Shown here in pieces: positions 10,401 to 18,777 of a stretch of DNA of 64,000 nt (positions are counted from its first letter, which is position 1; every line of letters begins with the position of its first letter). The translations under genes were made by a program, and so were the position numbers. This stretch comes from a virus. The notes below the pieces were generated by a model. That model was not told the origin of the DNA. It did not search any database and worked only from the letters and a program-made list of their open reading frames with translations. The DNA lies in the IMG/VR virus record IMGVR_UViG_3300008113_000014, positions 1 to 64,000 of that record; one strand, 5' to 3'.

Positions 10401-10643
10401 GTTTTCTAAACCTAGTTGGTTCTTGGCGAGAAGAACTATATGATGAAAATTTTGGTCAAGAGGATCTGGACGATCTGCCTTTCCTCTCTTGTCCGCCATA
10501 CTCGTAGTCATATAGCCTTCTACACCAAGTATTGGCTTAATTCCATTTGCTTTTGCAATACGGTGCAGTTCCCTATGCCCAGATAAAGTACCGTGGTCAG
10601 TAATGGCAATTGCTGTCATTCCTAACTCAACTGCACGGTTCAC
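7440..10643 (-). CDS. dnaE: DNA polymerase III alpha subunit, apparently lacking the first ~20 residues of the PHP domain
   Basis: AITDHG, GRGSAAGS, PDIDSD, HAAGVV, LYQEQ, YSFNKSHA; in-frame TGA a few codons upstream of the GTG start. Confidence 0.93.
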   Translation of the reverse strand: MNRAVELGMTAIAITDHGTLSGHRELHRIAKANGIKPILGVEGYMTTSMADKRGKADRPDPLDQNFHHIVLLAKNQLGLENLNKINEIAWTDGFFSKPRFDFETLAKYKEGIIVTSACLSGWIAKAVELGELATAKKHIQWFKKEFGDDYYIEVMPHNPPEVNKGIIELADVAKVKIVVTPDCHHSDTSQKEVQELMLLLNTHAKLQKDVSYDKSKKHASFMDRLDYLYGADRIMSFNKFDIHLLSYKEMKEAMLKQGIDREDMFVSTNEISDKVEGYDIKEHLDLLPVQYKKPMEELKNLAIEGLKERKLEKNEEYLERLDEELKIIGEKNFGPYFLVVRNMLNWAKSEGIMVGPGRGSAAGSLLCYALGITDIDPIKHGLLFFRFINPDRNDFPDIDSDIQDTRRDEVKDYLVRQYRHVASIATFLQFKDKGVVRDVARCLNIPLPDVNKVLKVVDTWDDYCNSKNTLWFREKYPEVERYGDQLRGRIRGTGIHAAGVVTSKDPIFRYAPLETRSVTGQDERIPVVAVDMGEAENIGLIKIDALGLKTLSVLKDCIDIIKEREGTKIDLLKIDMDDANVYNMLSDGYTKGVFQCEAAPYTNLLIKMRVKNLSELAASNALVRPGAMNTIGKSYIARKHGRENIDYKHQVMKAFTEETYGCILYQEQVMQACVQLGGMSMSEADKVRKIIGKKKDAKEFDVFKDQFVKGASQYLSPNDALDLWHDFEAHAGYSFNKSHAVAYSTLSYWTAWLKYHYPLEFMFALLKNEKDKDGRTEYLIEAKRMGISIKLPHINDSDIDFKIEGKGIRFGLTAIKFISDKIAERYLAARPFGSYKELEEFTFTKGNGVNSRALQAMRCIGALTFPDNPANPAEVKENLYEYLNLPEFNTSIPQHYYAYIDDVEEYEETGSFVLLGMVKSIKRGTGWSRVEILDKTGSVGVFDDENTNIESGRTYLILASDNRIVSAVPADEIKGSKSSLVKFLNYKMLPYKEGEHFVVSFKPRVTKAGKKMASLVVADAGREMHSIVVFPMQFAKAYMKIEEGNVYKFDFGKTKDGTVTMNEVESV

Positions 10644-10651
10644 GTATTCTT

Positions 10652-11278
10652 CTAAGGAGTATCAAAGCCTAAATAAAAGGCTTCTTGTTCTGCGTATGGA
10701 ACCTTGTTTAGTGCCTTCTCCAATGGATAAGGTTCAATTCCTGCCCAATCAAATGGTGCAGCATCTGGAGAACTTGGAATAAGTGTATAGCTTGTTTCAG
10801 TACCTTGACCGTTACGCTTTACTTTCCAAGTAAGGTTTGAGATGCTACCTGTTTCAAGTGCATACTCACGAATAGTATTAAATGCAGATTGCTTGCTAAC
10901 ACCCATGTTCCAAATTGCAACATATGGTGCATCAATGCCATCATCTACAAGAACGTTGCAATAAAAACGAAGACGTGCACGCCAGCCAGCCTTCATATCC
11001 TTGCGGTGCATCTCTTCTGCCCAGTCACGACCTTCTGATTCCATAGTGTCTACAGCCTTACGCTTGTAGTCCTTTGGATTTGTGTGTTCTGACACAACTA
11101 GTGCAAGTCCACGTGCTTCATTATAATTTGCTGAATCTTCATCAAGCTCTTCAATAAAACGAATCTTTACTGCTTGACCGTCTGCGATCTTAAACCAACG
11201 TACCTTTGCACCTGTGCCTTCAAACTTTGGCTTGTCTACTAATGCGTTAATGTTTTTTAATCCTTTTACAATTGCCAT
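10652..11278 (-). CDS. Single-stranded DNA-binding protein (gp32-like)
   Basis: Between primase and dnaE; WF...DG...KIRF and KRNG.GTETSY motifs. Confidence 0.7.
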   Translation of the reverse strand: MAIVKGLKNINALVDKPKFEGTGAKVRWFKIADGQAVKIRFIEELDEDSANYNEARGLALVVSEHTNPKDYKRKAVDTMESEGRDWAEEMHRKDMKAGWRARLRFYCNVLVDDGIDAPYVAIWNMGVSKQSAFNTIREYALETGSISNLTWKVKRNGQGTETSYTLIPSSPDAAPFDWAGIEPYPLEKALNKVPYAEQEAFYLGFDTP

Positions 11279-11308
11279 TTTGTCATGCTCCTTTTTTTGT
11301 TATTGTTT

Positions 11309-12235
11309 TTATTTTAGCATAGATATGATTGAATTGTCAAACTGAAACTCCAGTTTTTTAATCTGATCATCATCCATGTCTCCTATGTCTTTGTATTTTT
11401 TGTCTAAGCTAATTACTGTTACAAGAGATCCTAACTTTTCAATTAGTTTATCTTTCATAATAGCGCCAGCTTCATCGTTGTCTGCAATAAGTACAACATT
11501 GTTGAAGTACTTTTCTAATAGTCTGATCTGAGATACAGACACATTAGCACCCAGCGTTGCAACTGCTGGAAAACCTACTTGATCTAAACGGATTGCATCA
11601 AATGATGATTCCACTACATATACTATACTAGAACTCTTGACTCTGTGCAAGTTAAATAAAACCTTGCTTTTTGGAAGCCCTGGAGTATTCTTAAATTCTT
11701 TGCCTTCAATTGTTCTTGCAACAAAACCAATACACATAGAGTCAGGTGAGTGAACTGGAATAGTTACAGATCCTTGCTTTTCTGAATAGCCAAGATCAAA
11801 CTTAATTACAGAATCTTTTGTTAGTCTGCGACCATTAAAATAATTCATTGCTAGTGGAGAGTCAAGTGCTTGCTTATTTAATCTTTTAATAAGCAATTCA
11901 TCATACTGAACAAAATCAGGTGGTGCGTAGAGTGCTTTTCCAACAATACTTTGAATATCAGACTTCTGTTCTTTGCCTTTAATGTATCTAACAGTTTCAA
12001 AGTATGATCTATTTGAAGTAAACATTATTAGCTCAACAAGATTCTTTGTTACCTGACATCCAAAACAAAAGAATAGTCCACTATCCTTTGCTACTTCTCC
12101 AGCAGGCGTTCTACTGTTGTTATGAAATGGGCAGTAGACAATAAAGTCATTGCCAAACTCAGCTTCAATATCTAATCCTGCGCCATTGAGAACACGACGA
12201 ATCTGTTCTTCTGTATAAATCTCTTTACTTGCCAT
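11309..12235 (-). CDS. dnaG: DNA primase
   Basis: Zn finger CPFH..CFGC; TOPRIM VVES.FD and ADNDEAG. Confidence 0.9.
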   Translation of the reverse strand: MASKEIYTEEQIRRVLNGAGLDIEAEFGNDFIVYCPFHNNSRTPAGEVAKDSGLFFCFGCQVTKNLVELIMFTSNRSYFETVRYIKGKEQKSDIQSIVGKALYAPPDFVQYDELLIKRLNKQALDSPLAMNYFNGRRLTKDSVIKFDLGYSEKQGSVTIPVHSPDSMCIGFVARTIEGKEFKNTPGLPKSKVLFNLHRVKSSSIVYVVESSFDAIRLDQVGFPAVATLGANVSVSQIRLLEKYFNNVVLIADNDEAGAIMKDKLIEKLGSLVTVISLDKKYKDIGDMDDDQIKKLEFQFDNSIISMLK

Positions 12236-13448
12236 CTTCAAAATCCTTGTAACGATAGTAGCCCTTATCAAAGTCGCACTGTACTAAGAAGTCTCCCATA
12301 AAACCATTACGGTTCTTTCTAAAAGCACACTCAATAATATCGCTATTGGATGCACGGCCAAGTGCCATAACCCAGTCAGCATCATATGCAATCTGTCTTG
12401 ACCAAGCAGTTTGTGCAAGTGTAGGAACACTGGACATATCCTTTACATCATCAGGTGTGGCAGATGATATAGCAATGATAGGTACTTCTTCACTAATAGC
12501 CATAAGCTTTAGTTCACGAGAAAGGTTTTTCATCTTTACCGTTTCGTTATCAGCTTTTTGATTTGGACTCATAAGTTGAAGATAATCAACCACAACAAAG
12601 TCTGGCTTGTACTGATCTAGTTTTCCACGGATTACAGAAGGAGTTACCTCACCGCCAGAGTCGTTAGAGATAATATGAAATGGTGGACGACCATCAATCT
12701 TGTCTATATGCCACTTCTTCATCATCTCTAATTCAACTTCACCGTTAGATAATTTGCGATGAGACCAAAGACCTTCGCCCATAATAGTAAAGACACGGTT
12801 ACGAACCTCTGTCTCACTCATCTCAAGAGAGATAATAAGGGGTGTCTTACCCTGTTTCCAGGCCTGTACAGCAAAGTACAGAGCCATCCATGACTTTCCT
12901 ATACCTGGGTATGCTAAAAAGACTCCTAGCTGGCCTGGCATAATTCCAGATGGTAAGTAGTTATCAAATCCTGGAAGCCCTGTCTTAATGCCACGCTTTC
13001 CTAATGCATTTTGTTCTTTAACATTTTCAAAGTATGCAATGGCAGAATCAATATCTGTTGCATCAATATCACGAATAGATGATGTATTTTTCTTTAGTGT
13101 AGATGTCTTAGTAATTAGTTCTTCAAGTGCTAAAACTCCTTGACCAGACTGAACCTCAGTTGCAGCAGATCGTAGTATATCTTTAAGGGTGTCATTTAAA
13201 TACTCAGTCTGTAATTCTTCAAGGTGGTGTTTTGTTGCACCAATATCTTTGATTATTTCAAAATCTCTAAATCGCTCTAACACCAAAGATGAGGGTGGGA
13301 CTGTTCCATTATTCTCTGCATATAAACGGATAAAATTCCATACGTCGTTATGAGTTCTAAGGAGTGTCTCTACATTTGCTTGTAATAATACATGGAGTTG
13401 CTTGTCTTGTAATACCGCTGAAATTACTTTAGCCTCTGTGTTATTCAC
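12225..13448 (-). CDS. dnaB: Replicative helicase
   Basis: AYPGIGKS, SLEM, VVDYLQLM, SRELKLMA, KNRNG. Confidence 0.93.
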   Translation of the reverse strand: MNNTEAKVISAVLQDKQLHVLLQANVETLLRTHNDVWNFIRLYAENNGTVPPSSLVLERFRDFEIIKDIGATKHHLEELQTEYLNDTLKDILRSAATEVQSGQGVLALEELITKTSTLKKNTSSIRDIDATDIDSAIAYFENVKEQNALGKRGIKTGLPGFDNYLPSGIMPGQLGVFLAYPGIGKSWMALYFAVQAWKQGKTPLIISLEMSETEVRNRVFTIMGEGLWSHRKLSNGEVELEMMKKWHIDKIDGRPPFHIISNDSGGEVTPSVIRGKLDQYKPDFVVVDYLQLMSPNQKADNETVKMKNLSRELKLMAISEEVPIIAISSATPDDVKDMSSVPTLAQTAWSRQIAYDADWVMALGRASNSDIIECAFRKNRNGFMGDFLVQCDFDKGYYRYKDFEDGK

Positions 13449-13749
13449 TTAGCCACTCCTTTGCTTTTTCCCTGCGCTGTTTTCTGTCTTTTATATCTTG
13501 TTCTACATCTAGTTTACCATTAAGAATCTTTTCTGCGTTGTAAGCAAAATAGTTCCAGCTTGTTTCTTGTGCAACAGAAAAATAATAATCTAGCAACTCA
13601 TAGCATTGTGACATGCCATATGATTCAACTAGTCCGTCTGCTGCCCACTGTTCAACATTTAAATTTAAAGATGGCTTTTGCTCATATTTTGCTGTATGCA
13701 ATTTTGAGTATCTACTAAGCAAAGCCATTCGGTCTTTGCGTTCTGCCAT
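13441..13749 (-). CDS. Hypothetical protein upstream of the helicase
   Basis: Translationally coupled ORF. Confidence 0.7.
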   Translation of the reverse strand: MAERKDRMALLSRYSKLHTAKYEQKPSLNLNVEQWAADGLVESYGMSQCYELLDYYFSVAQETSWNYFAYNAEKILNGKLDVEQDIKDRKQRREKAKEWLSE

Positions 13750-13955
13750 TACTCTGAGATTTCAGATTTTGCTTCTTGAATTTTGTCAGTCAGCTTATCT
13801 TCTACAAACTTATATACACGCTCAAAAGCCTGATCAATAGTTTCACCATTTTTCCGTGATTCTACAATTCCTAAATCAAGTCTCAATGATTGAAAATTTC
13901 CTAAGTTAAGCGTGTATCCAAGTGTTACAGATACCTTTGTTGATTCGTTTTCCAT
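13749..13955 (-). CDS. Conserved phage hypothetical protein
   Basis: TLNLGNFQSLRLD motif; start MENEST after a GGGGT RBS-like sequence. Confidence 0.7.
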   Translation of the reverse strand: MENESTKVSVTLGYTLNLGNFQSLRLDLGIVESRKNGETIDQAFERVYKFVEDKLTDKIQEAKSEISE

Positions 13956-13974
13956 TACCCCACCCATTTCTAAA

Positions 13975-14517
13975 TTATATAGACTCATTCCACACTGGAA
14001 TAAATCGTCCATCTTCTGTTCTCGTATATGTAAGTATACCGTCCCCCATACGCCTTGTCAACTCTTGGCTTGTAGGAGTCATGTTGTTTGTTATTAATTT
14101 GTCTTTTCTTGGTTGTCCGATATGTATACTTGCAAGTATAGCACGTATCTCTCTGACATGTGATTCAGAGTAATAGGATCTAATTTTAAATCCTCTTTCT
14201 CCATCAAGCTTTGCACCTATTGGTGGAGGTATAACTCCTCGTTTAATTAAACTTGGAATATATTTTCTATGCCTATTGATAAGTTTAGCAGTTTCTGATA
14301 CACTGTATGCACGCTCACGATTTTTTTTAAAGTCAGAAAGTAGGCATGTCTCTAAACGATCTTTAGTTATATTATAAAACGTAACCATTCCAGTAGAACG
14401 TGAGCTATGATAAACCTTTACAAGGTCGCCATTAATAAACCATACTTTTACTTTACCTTTAATTACAGGTTCGTTATTGTATGCTTGGCTCTGGATTTTT
14501 CCTTTTGAAGTATCCAT
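13975..14517 (-). CDS. DNA-binding protein with MerR-like HTH
   Basis: YSVSETAKLINRHRKYI..LIKRGVIPPP...R.YYSE. Confidence 0.65.
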   Translation of the reverse strand: MDTSKGKIQSQAYNNEPVIKGKVKVWFINGDLVKVYHSSRSTGMVTFYNITKDRLETCLLSDFKKNRERAYSVSETAKLINRHRKYIPSLIKRGVIPPPIGAKLDGERGFKIRSYYSESHVREIRAILASIHIGQPRKDKLITNNMTPTSQELTRRMGDGILTYTRTEDGRFIPVWNESI

Positions 14518-14654
14518 CGTCCCTCTTTAGTTGCTGAAGGTGGATGATAGAATTTTCTATCACCACATGTAATACAAGATGTTTCTAAATGTTCAGCAGT
14601 TGTATACTGCCTATCCACAAAGATACGCCCATCGCATCTTTTACAATTTAACAT
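14463..14654 (-). CDS. Zinc-ribbon protein
   Basis: CKRC...CITCG. Confidence 0.65.
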   Translation of the reverse strand: MLNCKRCDGRIFVDRQYTTAEHLETSCITCGDRKFYHPPSATKEGRWILQKEKSRAKHTITNL

Positions 14655-14667
14655 TATATCCTTATGG

Positions 14668-14853
14668 TTAGTTGGCTATTTTTTCTTCAAGACTGTTTGA
14701 ATAATTTTCTACTGCTGCTTTCTTTTCTTCTTGTTCCTGAGAATACTGAGTTATCTCTGCTCTTAGAACAGCAATTTGTGTTTCATAGTTAGACACTAAT
14801 TCACCAATACGTTGCTGTAATGCCATAATGATAAGTTCTGCTTTGTTTTCCAT
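14668..14853 (-). CDS. Small coiled-coil protein
   Basis: Heptad-rich ORF with RBS. Confidence 0.65.
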   Translation of the reverse strand: MENKAELIIMALQQRIGELVSNYETQIAVLRAEITQYSQEQEEKKAAVENYSNSLEEKIAN

Positions 14854-14871
14854 TTTACACCCCTTTGTTTT

Positions 14872-15084
14872 TTATGATAAAGAATCTAATTCGTCTTGCA
14901 GTATTTGTTTTTGAGCAACAATATCTGATATTTGATTAGTTAAATTTTGCACATTACTTTGATTAGGTTCTGAAAGTGCTTGCTCTTGTGCTAAACTCAG
15001 AATAGCATTGTACTCTGAATATGCGATATTTTTTAAATGCTGTAAAACAATTACAGATTTTTCCTCATTGGTAAGATCTGACAT
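14872..15084 (-). CDS. Small helical protein, paralog of 15092..15307
   Basis: LTNEEK..I..QHLKN..YS shared with the neighbour. Confidence 0.7.
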   Translation of the reverse strand: MSDLTNEEKSVIVLQHLKNIAYSEYNAILSLAQEQALSEPNQSNVQNLTNQISDIVAQKQILQDELDSLS

Positions 15085-15091
15085 ATTTATA

Positions 15092-15307
15092 TTATCCTAA
15101 AGATGATATCTTTGATAACAGTGCTTCTTGTTTTGCATTAATGCTATCTATTTGCCCTTGGATCTCATCAATTAAAATTTGCTGTGGTTCAGCTGCTGCT
15201 GACTCCTCAACTAAAGAAATCTCAGAATTAAACTTAGAGTATTCCAGATTTTTAAGGTGTTGATTGATTATATCAATCTTTTCTTCATTGGTTAGCGTGT
15301 ATACCAT
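15092..15307 (-). CDS. Small helical protein, paralog of 14872..15084
   Basis: LTNEEKIDIINQHLKNLEYS; AAGGAG RBS. Confidence 0.7.
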   Translation of the reverse strand: MVYTLTNEEKIDIINQHLKNLEYSKFNSEISLVEESAAAEPQQILIDEIQGQIDSINAKQEALLSKISSLG

Positions 15308-15369
15308 TGCTGCTCCTTATTATAGTATATATTAAGTATATCATATAAACAATTTAGCATGTTTATATT

Positions 15370-18300
15370 TTATTCTGCTCCTGGAATAGTAAAGTATGGG
15401 AAGTAAGGCCCAGCAAAATAAGGTGGGAAGAATGGTCCAAAAGTAGGTGGGAAGAATGGTGGGAAGAATGGTGGGAAGAATGGTCCAAAAGTAGGTGGGA
15501 AGAATGGTGGGAAGAATGGTGCAGCCACACCCGTAGCTTGATTAACAACAGCCTGTGTTCCTGAAACGGTATTTTGATTTAATCCAACTACACTGATAGT
15601 ATATTGAGCATTAGAAACTAAACCAGTCAAAGCTCCAGAAGTGGTTGTTGTGGTAAATTTTGGGTATCCCGTAATTGAGACTGCACTACTAGTCCTAAAA
15701 ATATCAACATAAAATTGTGTAGCATTTGTTGATGACCAACTTGCTGTAAAACCATTTGAAGTAACATTTGTAATAGTAATAGCTGCTGGGCCTGATAATG
15801 TACAAAAAGACGTTGAAGAAGATACAGTATCACTAGCACTTGATATTACAGAAAGAGATGGTGAATAAATTGTATTTGCAGTCAAACCAGTTATTGATCT
15901 AGTAACCGCACTTGTTCCTGTATAAGGTGTAGATGGTGCTCCTGGAATTGATATAGAATAAGTTGATTGGTTTGTAGATCCCCACGAAAGTGTAGCAGAG
16001 GTAGCAGCAACTGCAGAAGATGAAAGTGCTGTAGATATTGTTGGAATAACCATTGATATTGATGATGCAGATCCAGTTCCTGTTGAGTTCTTTGCTCTAA
16101 CAAAAAAGTTGTTACTTCCAGATAAACCAGTTACGCTATATGTTCTTACATTTCCAATATCTGTATATCCAAGATTATTAATTTGAACTTCATAAGAAGT
16201 AACTGTGCCAGCAGGTGCGTCCCATGTAAATGTTTTTGATCCACCATTACCAGCAGATTTTGCTAAATTTGGTGGGGGCCCTGGAACTGCTGCTGATGTA
16301 GTAAATGATGACCCAGTAGTTGTTGCAGTATCTCCATTAGGTCCAGTTATTGTAAGAGTTGGGTTATAGGTTGTGCTTGGTGTTAATGCATTATTAACAG
16401 CATAAGTTGTTGCTGTAGTTCCAGTAAATGGACTTCCTGTAGCTCCTGGTATTGATAAAGAAAATGTAGATTGATTACTAGTATTATTTGTCCAGTTAAA
16501 TGCTGCACTGACTGATGTTACTGGATTTGCTGCTGGGAAAGAAGAAATAACTGGTGGAGTGAACTGTCCAGTGCTTGCTGATGAGCCTGCTCCTGAACCA
16601 TTATAAGCTCTTACCTGAAAAGTGTTTGCTCCATTAACAACTGTTAAAGCAACTGAGGTTGTTAAACCAATATCAATAAATCCAAGGTTATTAAGTTGAT
16701 ATTCATAACCAGTTGGTGTTGATCCTCCAGATGGTGCAGACCAAGTAAATGTTTTTGCTAGACCATTTCCAGTTGTTCTTTGAAGATTTGTTGGGGTTCC
16801 TGGTACTGGCGCTGCTGTAGTAAATGTTTGAGATGCTGATACAGTATCTCCAGTGCTAGATGCTACAGTCATTGTTGCCGTATAAGTTGTACTTCCAACA
16901 AACGCATTATTTATTGCATAAAATGTTCCAGAATCATTTCCAGTAAATGGTGTACCAGTAGCTCCTGGTATTGATAAAGAATAGCTTGACTGATAATTAG
17001 ATGTCCAATTAAATAAAGCTGATGTTGATGTTACTGGGCTTGGTGCTGGAAAAGTAAGAGTTGGTATAGTAAATTGTCCAGTGCTTACAGACGTTCCTGG
17101 TCCTGCTGCAGATCTTGCTCTTACTAAAAATGTTAAATTTTGCCCAGCTATATTTGTAAAAGATACAGACCTTGTTAGTCCTGTGCTTACCCAGCCTGCC
17201 CCACTTAAGTTATATTCATATGATGTAGGAGTTGTTCCAGATGATGGTGCGTCCCATGTAAATGTTTTATTTGTTCCATTGCCCAAAGTTCTTTGAAGAT
17301 TGGTTGGTGGGCCTGGTACTGGAGCAAGAGTAGTGAATGCAGTTCCTGTAACAGTGTGGGTATCTCCAGTACTAGAAGTAATTGTTAGTGTGGGAGTATA
17401 TGTTGTGCTTCCAACCAAATCTGTTGGTGGGGTAGTTGTTAGAGATTCCGTTGTTCCTGTATATGGAGAAGTTGCTCCTGCGGGAGATAAAGATAGAGAC
17501 CATGTTGCTTGATCATTAGATGCCCAATCAATTTCTGCTGCAGTAGAATTTCGTGTAAGCATAAATGGCGATGTTGTAACTCTTGGCACAGTAAATGATG
17601 GAGTTAATACAGCTGAGCTTTCAGCAGTTGGACCAACAGACTTTACTGAAAAAACATTTTGTGATCCATAGACTGTTGTTATTGAAACACTAGTTAGCAA
17701 GTTATTGCTTATCCATCCTGAATCACCAAATGGACTAGTATATCTATACTCATACCGTGTAATTGTTCCACCACCTACTGGATCTACCCAGCTAAATGTC
17801 TTTGATGTGCCATTTCCTAACGTTCTTTGTAGGTTTGTAGGTGGATTTGGAGGTGTCTGTAGTGGACCCCTAACAGCAAATTGCTTAATTCCGTAATCCA
17901 CTCCTATACTATAATCTGTTCCACTATTTTTTTGTGTGTCAACAGCATAGTAGTATGTATTTTCTGGAAGAGTAGATGGTGTAACTACAGAAGATGTTAC
18001 GGTATATATTCCTGATGATAATGTTGGAGTTGAAGTGGTTACTCCAGAAGTTACCTCTGTTCCATATGTTGCTATATTTGAAGTATTGTATGTTCCAGAT
18101 GTTGCTGTATACCACTTTACAGAGCTTCTTGTTGAGTCTGGAAGGTATTCTTGTGCACCATTCCAAGATGATGTGTAGTATAGTGTTGTAGGAAGACTAG
18201 TAACTACTCCTATTATAGATGGTGTAGTTCCAGATTTAGGCTCTGGCTCATTTCTTATTACTGGAATTCTATATCCGACACCTGTTTCTGTGTTGTCGGA

Positions 18301-18777
18301 GCTATCTTCTCCATTTGCATTGCTTGATGTTACAGCAGTAACTGTTAATAATAGATACTTACCGTCAAAGTTTGCTTGATCACACACAACAGATGCGTAT
18401 GAACCAGACATAGTTCTTTCAGATACTAAAGTTGTGTATGGACCAGTATCTAAGATCCCTGAAGTAGACCCCTCAACTTTATATCTATAAGAAGATATTG
18501 TTTCTCCATTGCCAACCCAAACACCCCTTTGTGCATAAACTGTTTCACCAAATATAATTGGATAAACAAGAGGTGAATTACCTGCAGTGTCTGATGAAAA
18601 AAATGGAGCTGTTGTTGTGTATGGTCCAGACTTTGGCCAGAATTGAACCCAGCCAGAAACCTTTTTAATAAATCCCTTTTTTACCTGTGCCCAGGTACCA
18701 CTAGTACCCCCTGGTTTTTTTACATCAAATCTTTTTACTTTGGTCCACCCAGATGGCTTCTTTGCATAAAATGGCAT
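15370..18777 (-). CDS. Fibronectin type III repeat tail/adhesin protein with C-terminal PFFP repeat
   Basis: Four tandem pairs of FN3-like domains (P.PPTNL...FTW.AP...YEY...F.VRA); ends APFFPPFFPPTFGPFFPPFFPPFFPPTFGPFFPPYFAGPYFPYFTIPGAE. Confidence 0.8.
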   Translation of the reverse strand: MPFYAKKPSGWTKVKRFDVKKPGGTSGTWAQVKKGFIKKVSGWVQFWPKSGPYTTTAPFFSSDTAGNSPLVYPIIFGETVYAQRGVWVGNGETISSYRYKVEGSTSGILDTGPYTTLVSERTMSGSYASVVCDQANFDGKYLLLTVTAVTSSNANGEDSSDNTETGVGYRIPVIRNEPEPKSGTTPSIIGVVTSLPTTLYYTSSWNGAQEYLPDSTRSSVKWYTATSGTYNTSNIATYGTEVTSGVTTSTPTLSSGIYTVTSSVVTPSTLPENTYYYAVDTQKNSGTDYSIGVDYGIKQFAVRGPLQTPPNPPTNLQRTLGNGTSKTFSWVDPVGGGTITRYEYRYTSPFGDSGWISNNLLTSVSITTVYGSQNVFSVKSVGPTAESSAVLTPSFTVPRVTTSPFMLTRNSTAAEIDWASNDQATWSLSLSPAGATSPYTGTTESLTTTPPTDLVGSTTYTPTLTITSSTGDTHTVTGTAFTTLAPVPGPPTNLQRTLGNGTNKTFTWDAPSSGTTPTSYEYNLSGAGWVSTGLTRSVSFTNIAGQNLTFLVRARSAAGPGTSVSTGQFTIPTLTFPAPSPVTSTSALFNWTSNYQSSYSLSIPGATGTPFTGNDSGTFYAINNAFVGSTTYTATMTVASSTGDTVSASQTFTTAAPVPGTPTNLQRTTGNGLAKTFTWSAPSGGSTPTGYEYQLNNLGFIDIGLTTSVALTVVNGANTFQVRAYNGSGAGSSASTGQFTPPVISSFPAANPVTSVSAAFNWTNNTSNQSTFSLSIPGATGSPFTGTTATTYAVNNALTPSTTYNPTLTITGPNGDTATTTGSSFTTSAAVPGPPPNLAKSAGNGGSKTFTWDAPAGTVTSYEVQINNLGYTDIGNVRTYSVTGLSGSNNFFVRAKNSTGTGSASSISMVIPTISTALSSSAVAATSATLSWGSTNQSTYSISIPGAPSTPYTGTSAVTRSITGLTANTIYSPSLSVISSASDTVSSSTSFCTLSGPAAITITNVTSNGFTASWSSTNATQFYVDIFRTSSAVSITGYPKFTTTTTSGALTGLVSNAQYTISVVGLNQNTVSGTQAVVNQATGVAAPFFPPFFPPTFGPFFPPFFPPFFPPTFGPFFPPYFAGPYFPYFTIPGAE
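15389..15520 (-). repeat. Coding tandem repeat (12-nt unit TGGGAAGAATGG on +) encoding PFFP
   Basis: Visible directly; includes a duplicated TCCAAAAGTAGGTGGGAAGAATGGTGGGAAGAATGG block. Confidence 0.95.

Noticed and set aside
10640-10665. Programmed frameshift producing an SSB-DnaE fusion
   Set aside because: No recognisable slippery heptamer, and a fusion would still lack the PHP HxH motif; a deletion is the simpler explanation
15380-15408. Diversity-generating retroelement TR/VR pair with 63750-63778
   Set aside because: Match is only ~29 nt, both copies are coding gene ends, differences are not clearly adenine-specific, and no reverse transcriptase is in the window
15363-15548. His/Ser-rich ORF (HHSSHH repeats) in the ORF track
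   Set aside because: Alternative-frame shadow of the PFFP repeat within the FN3 gene; no independent start signals
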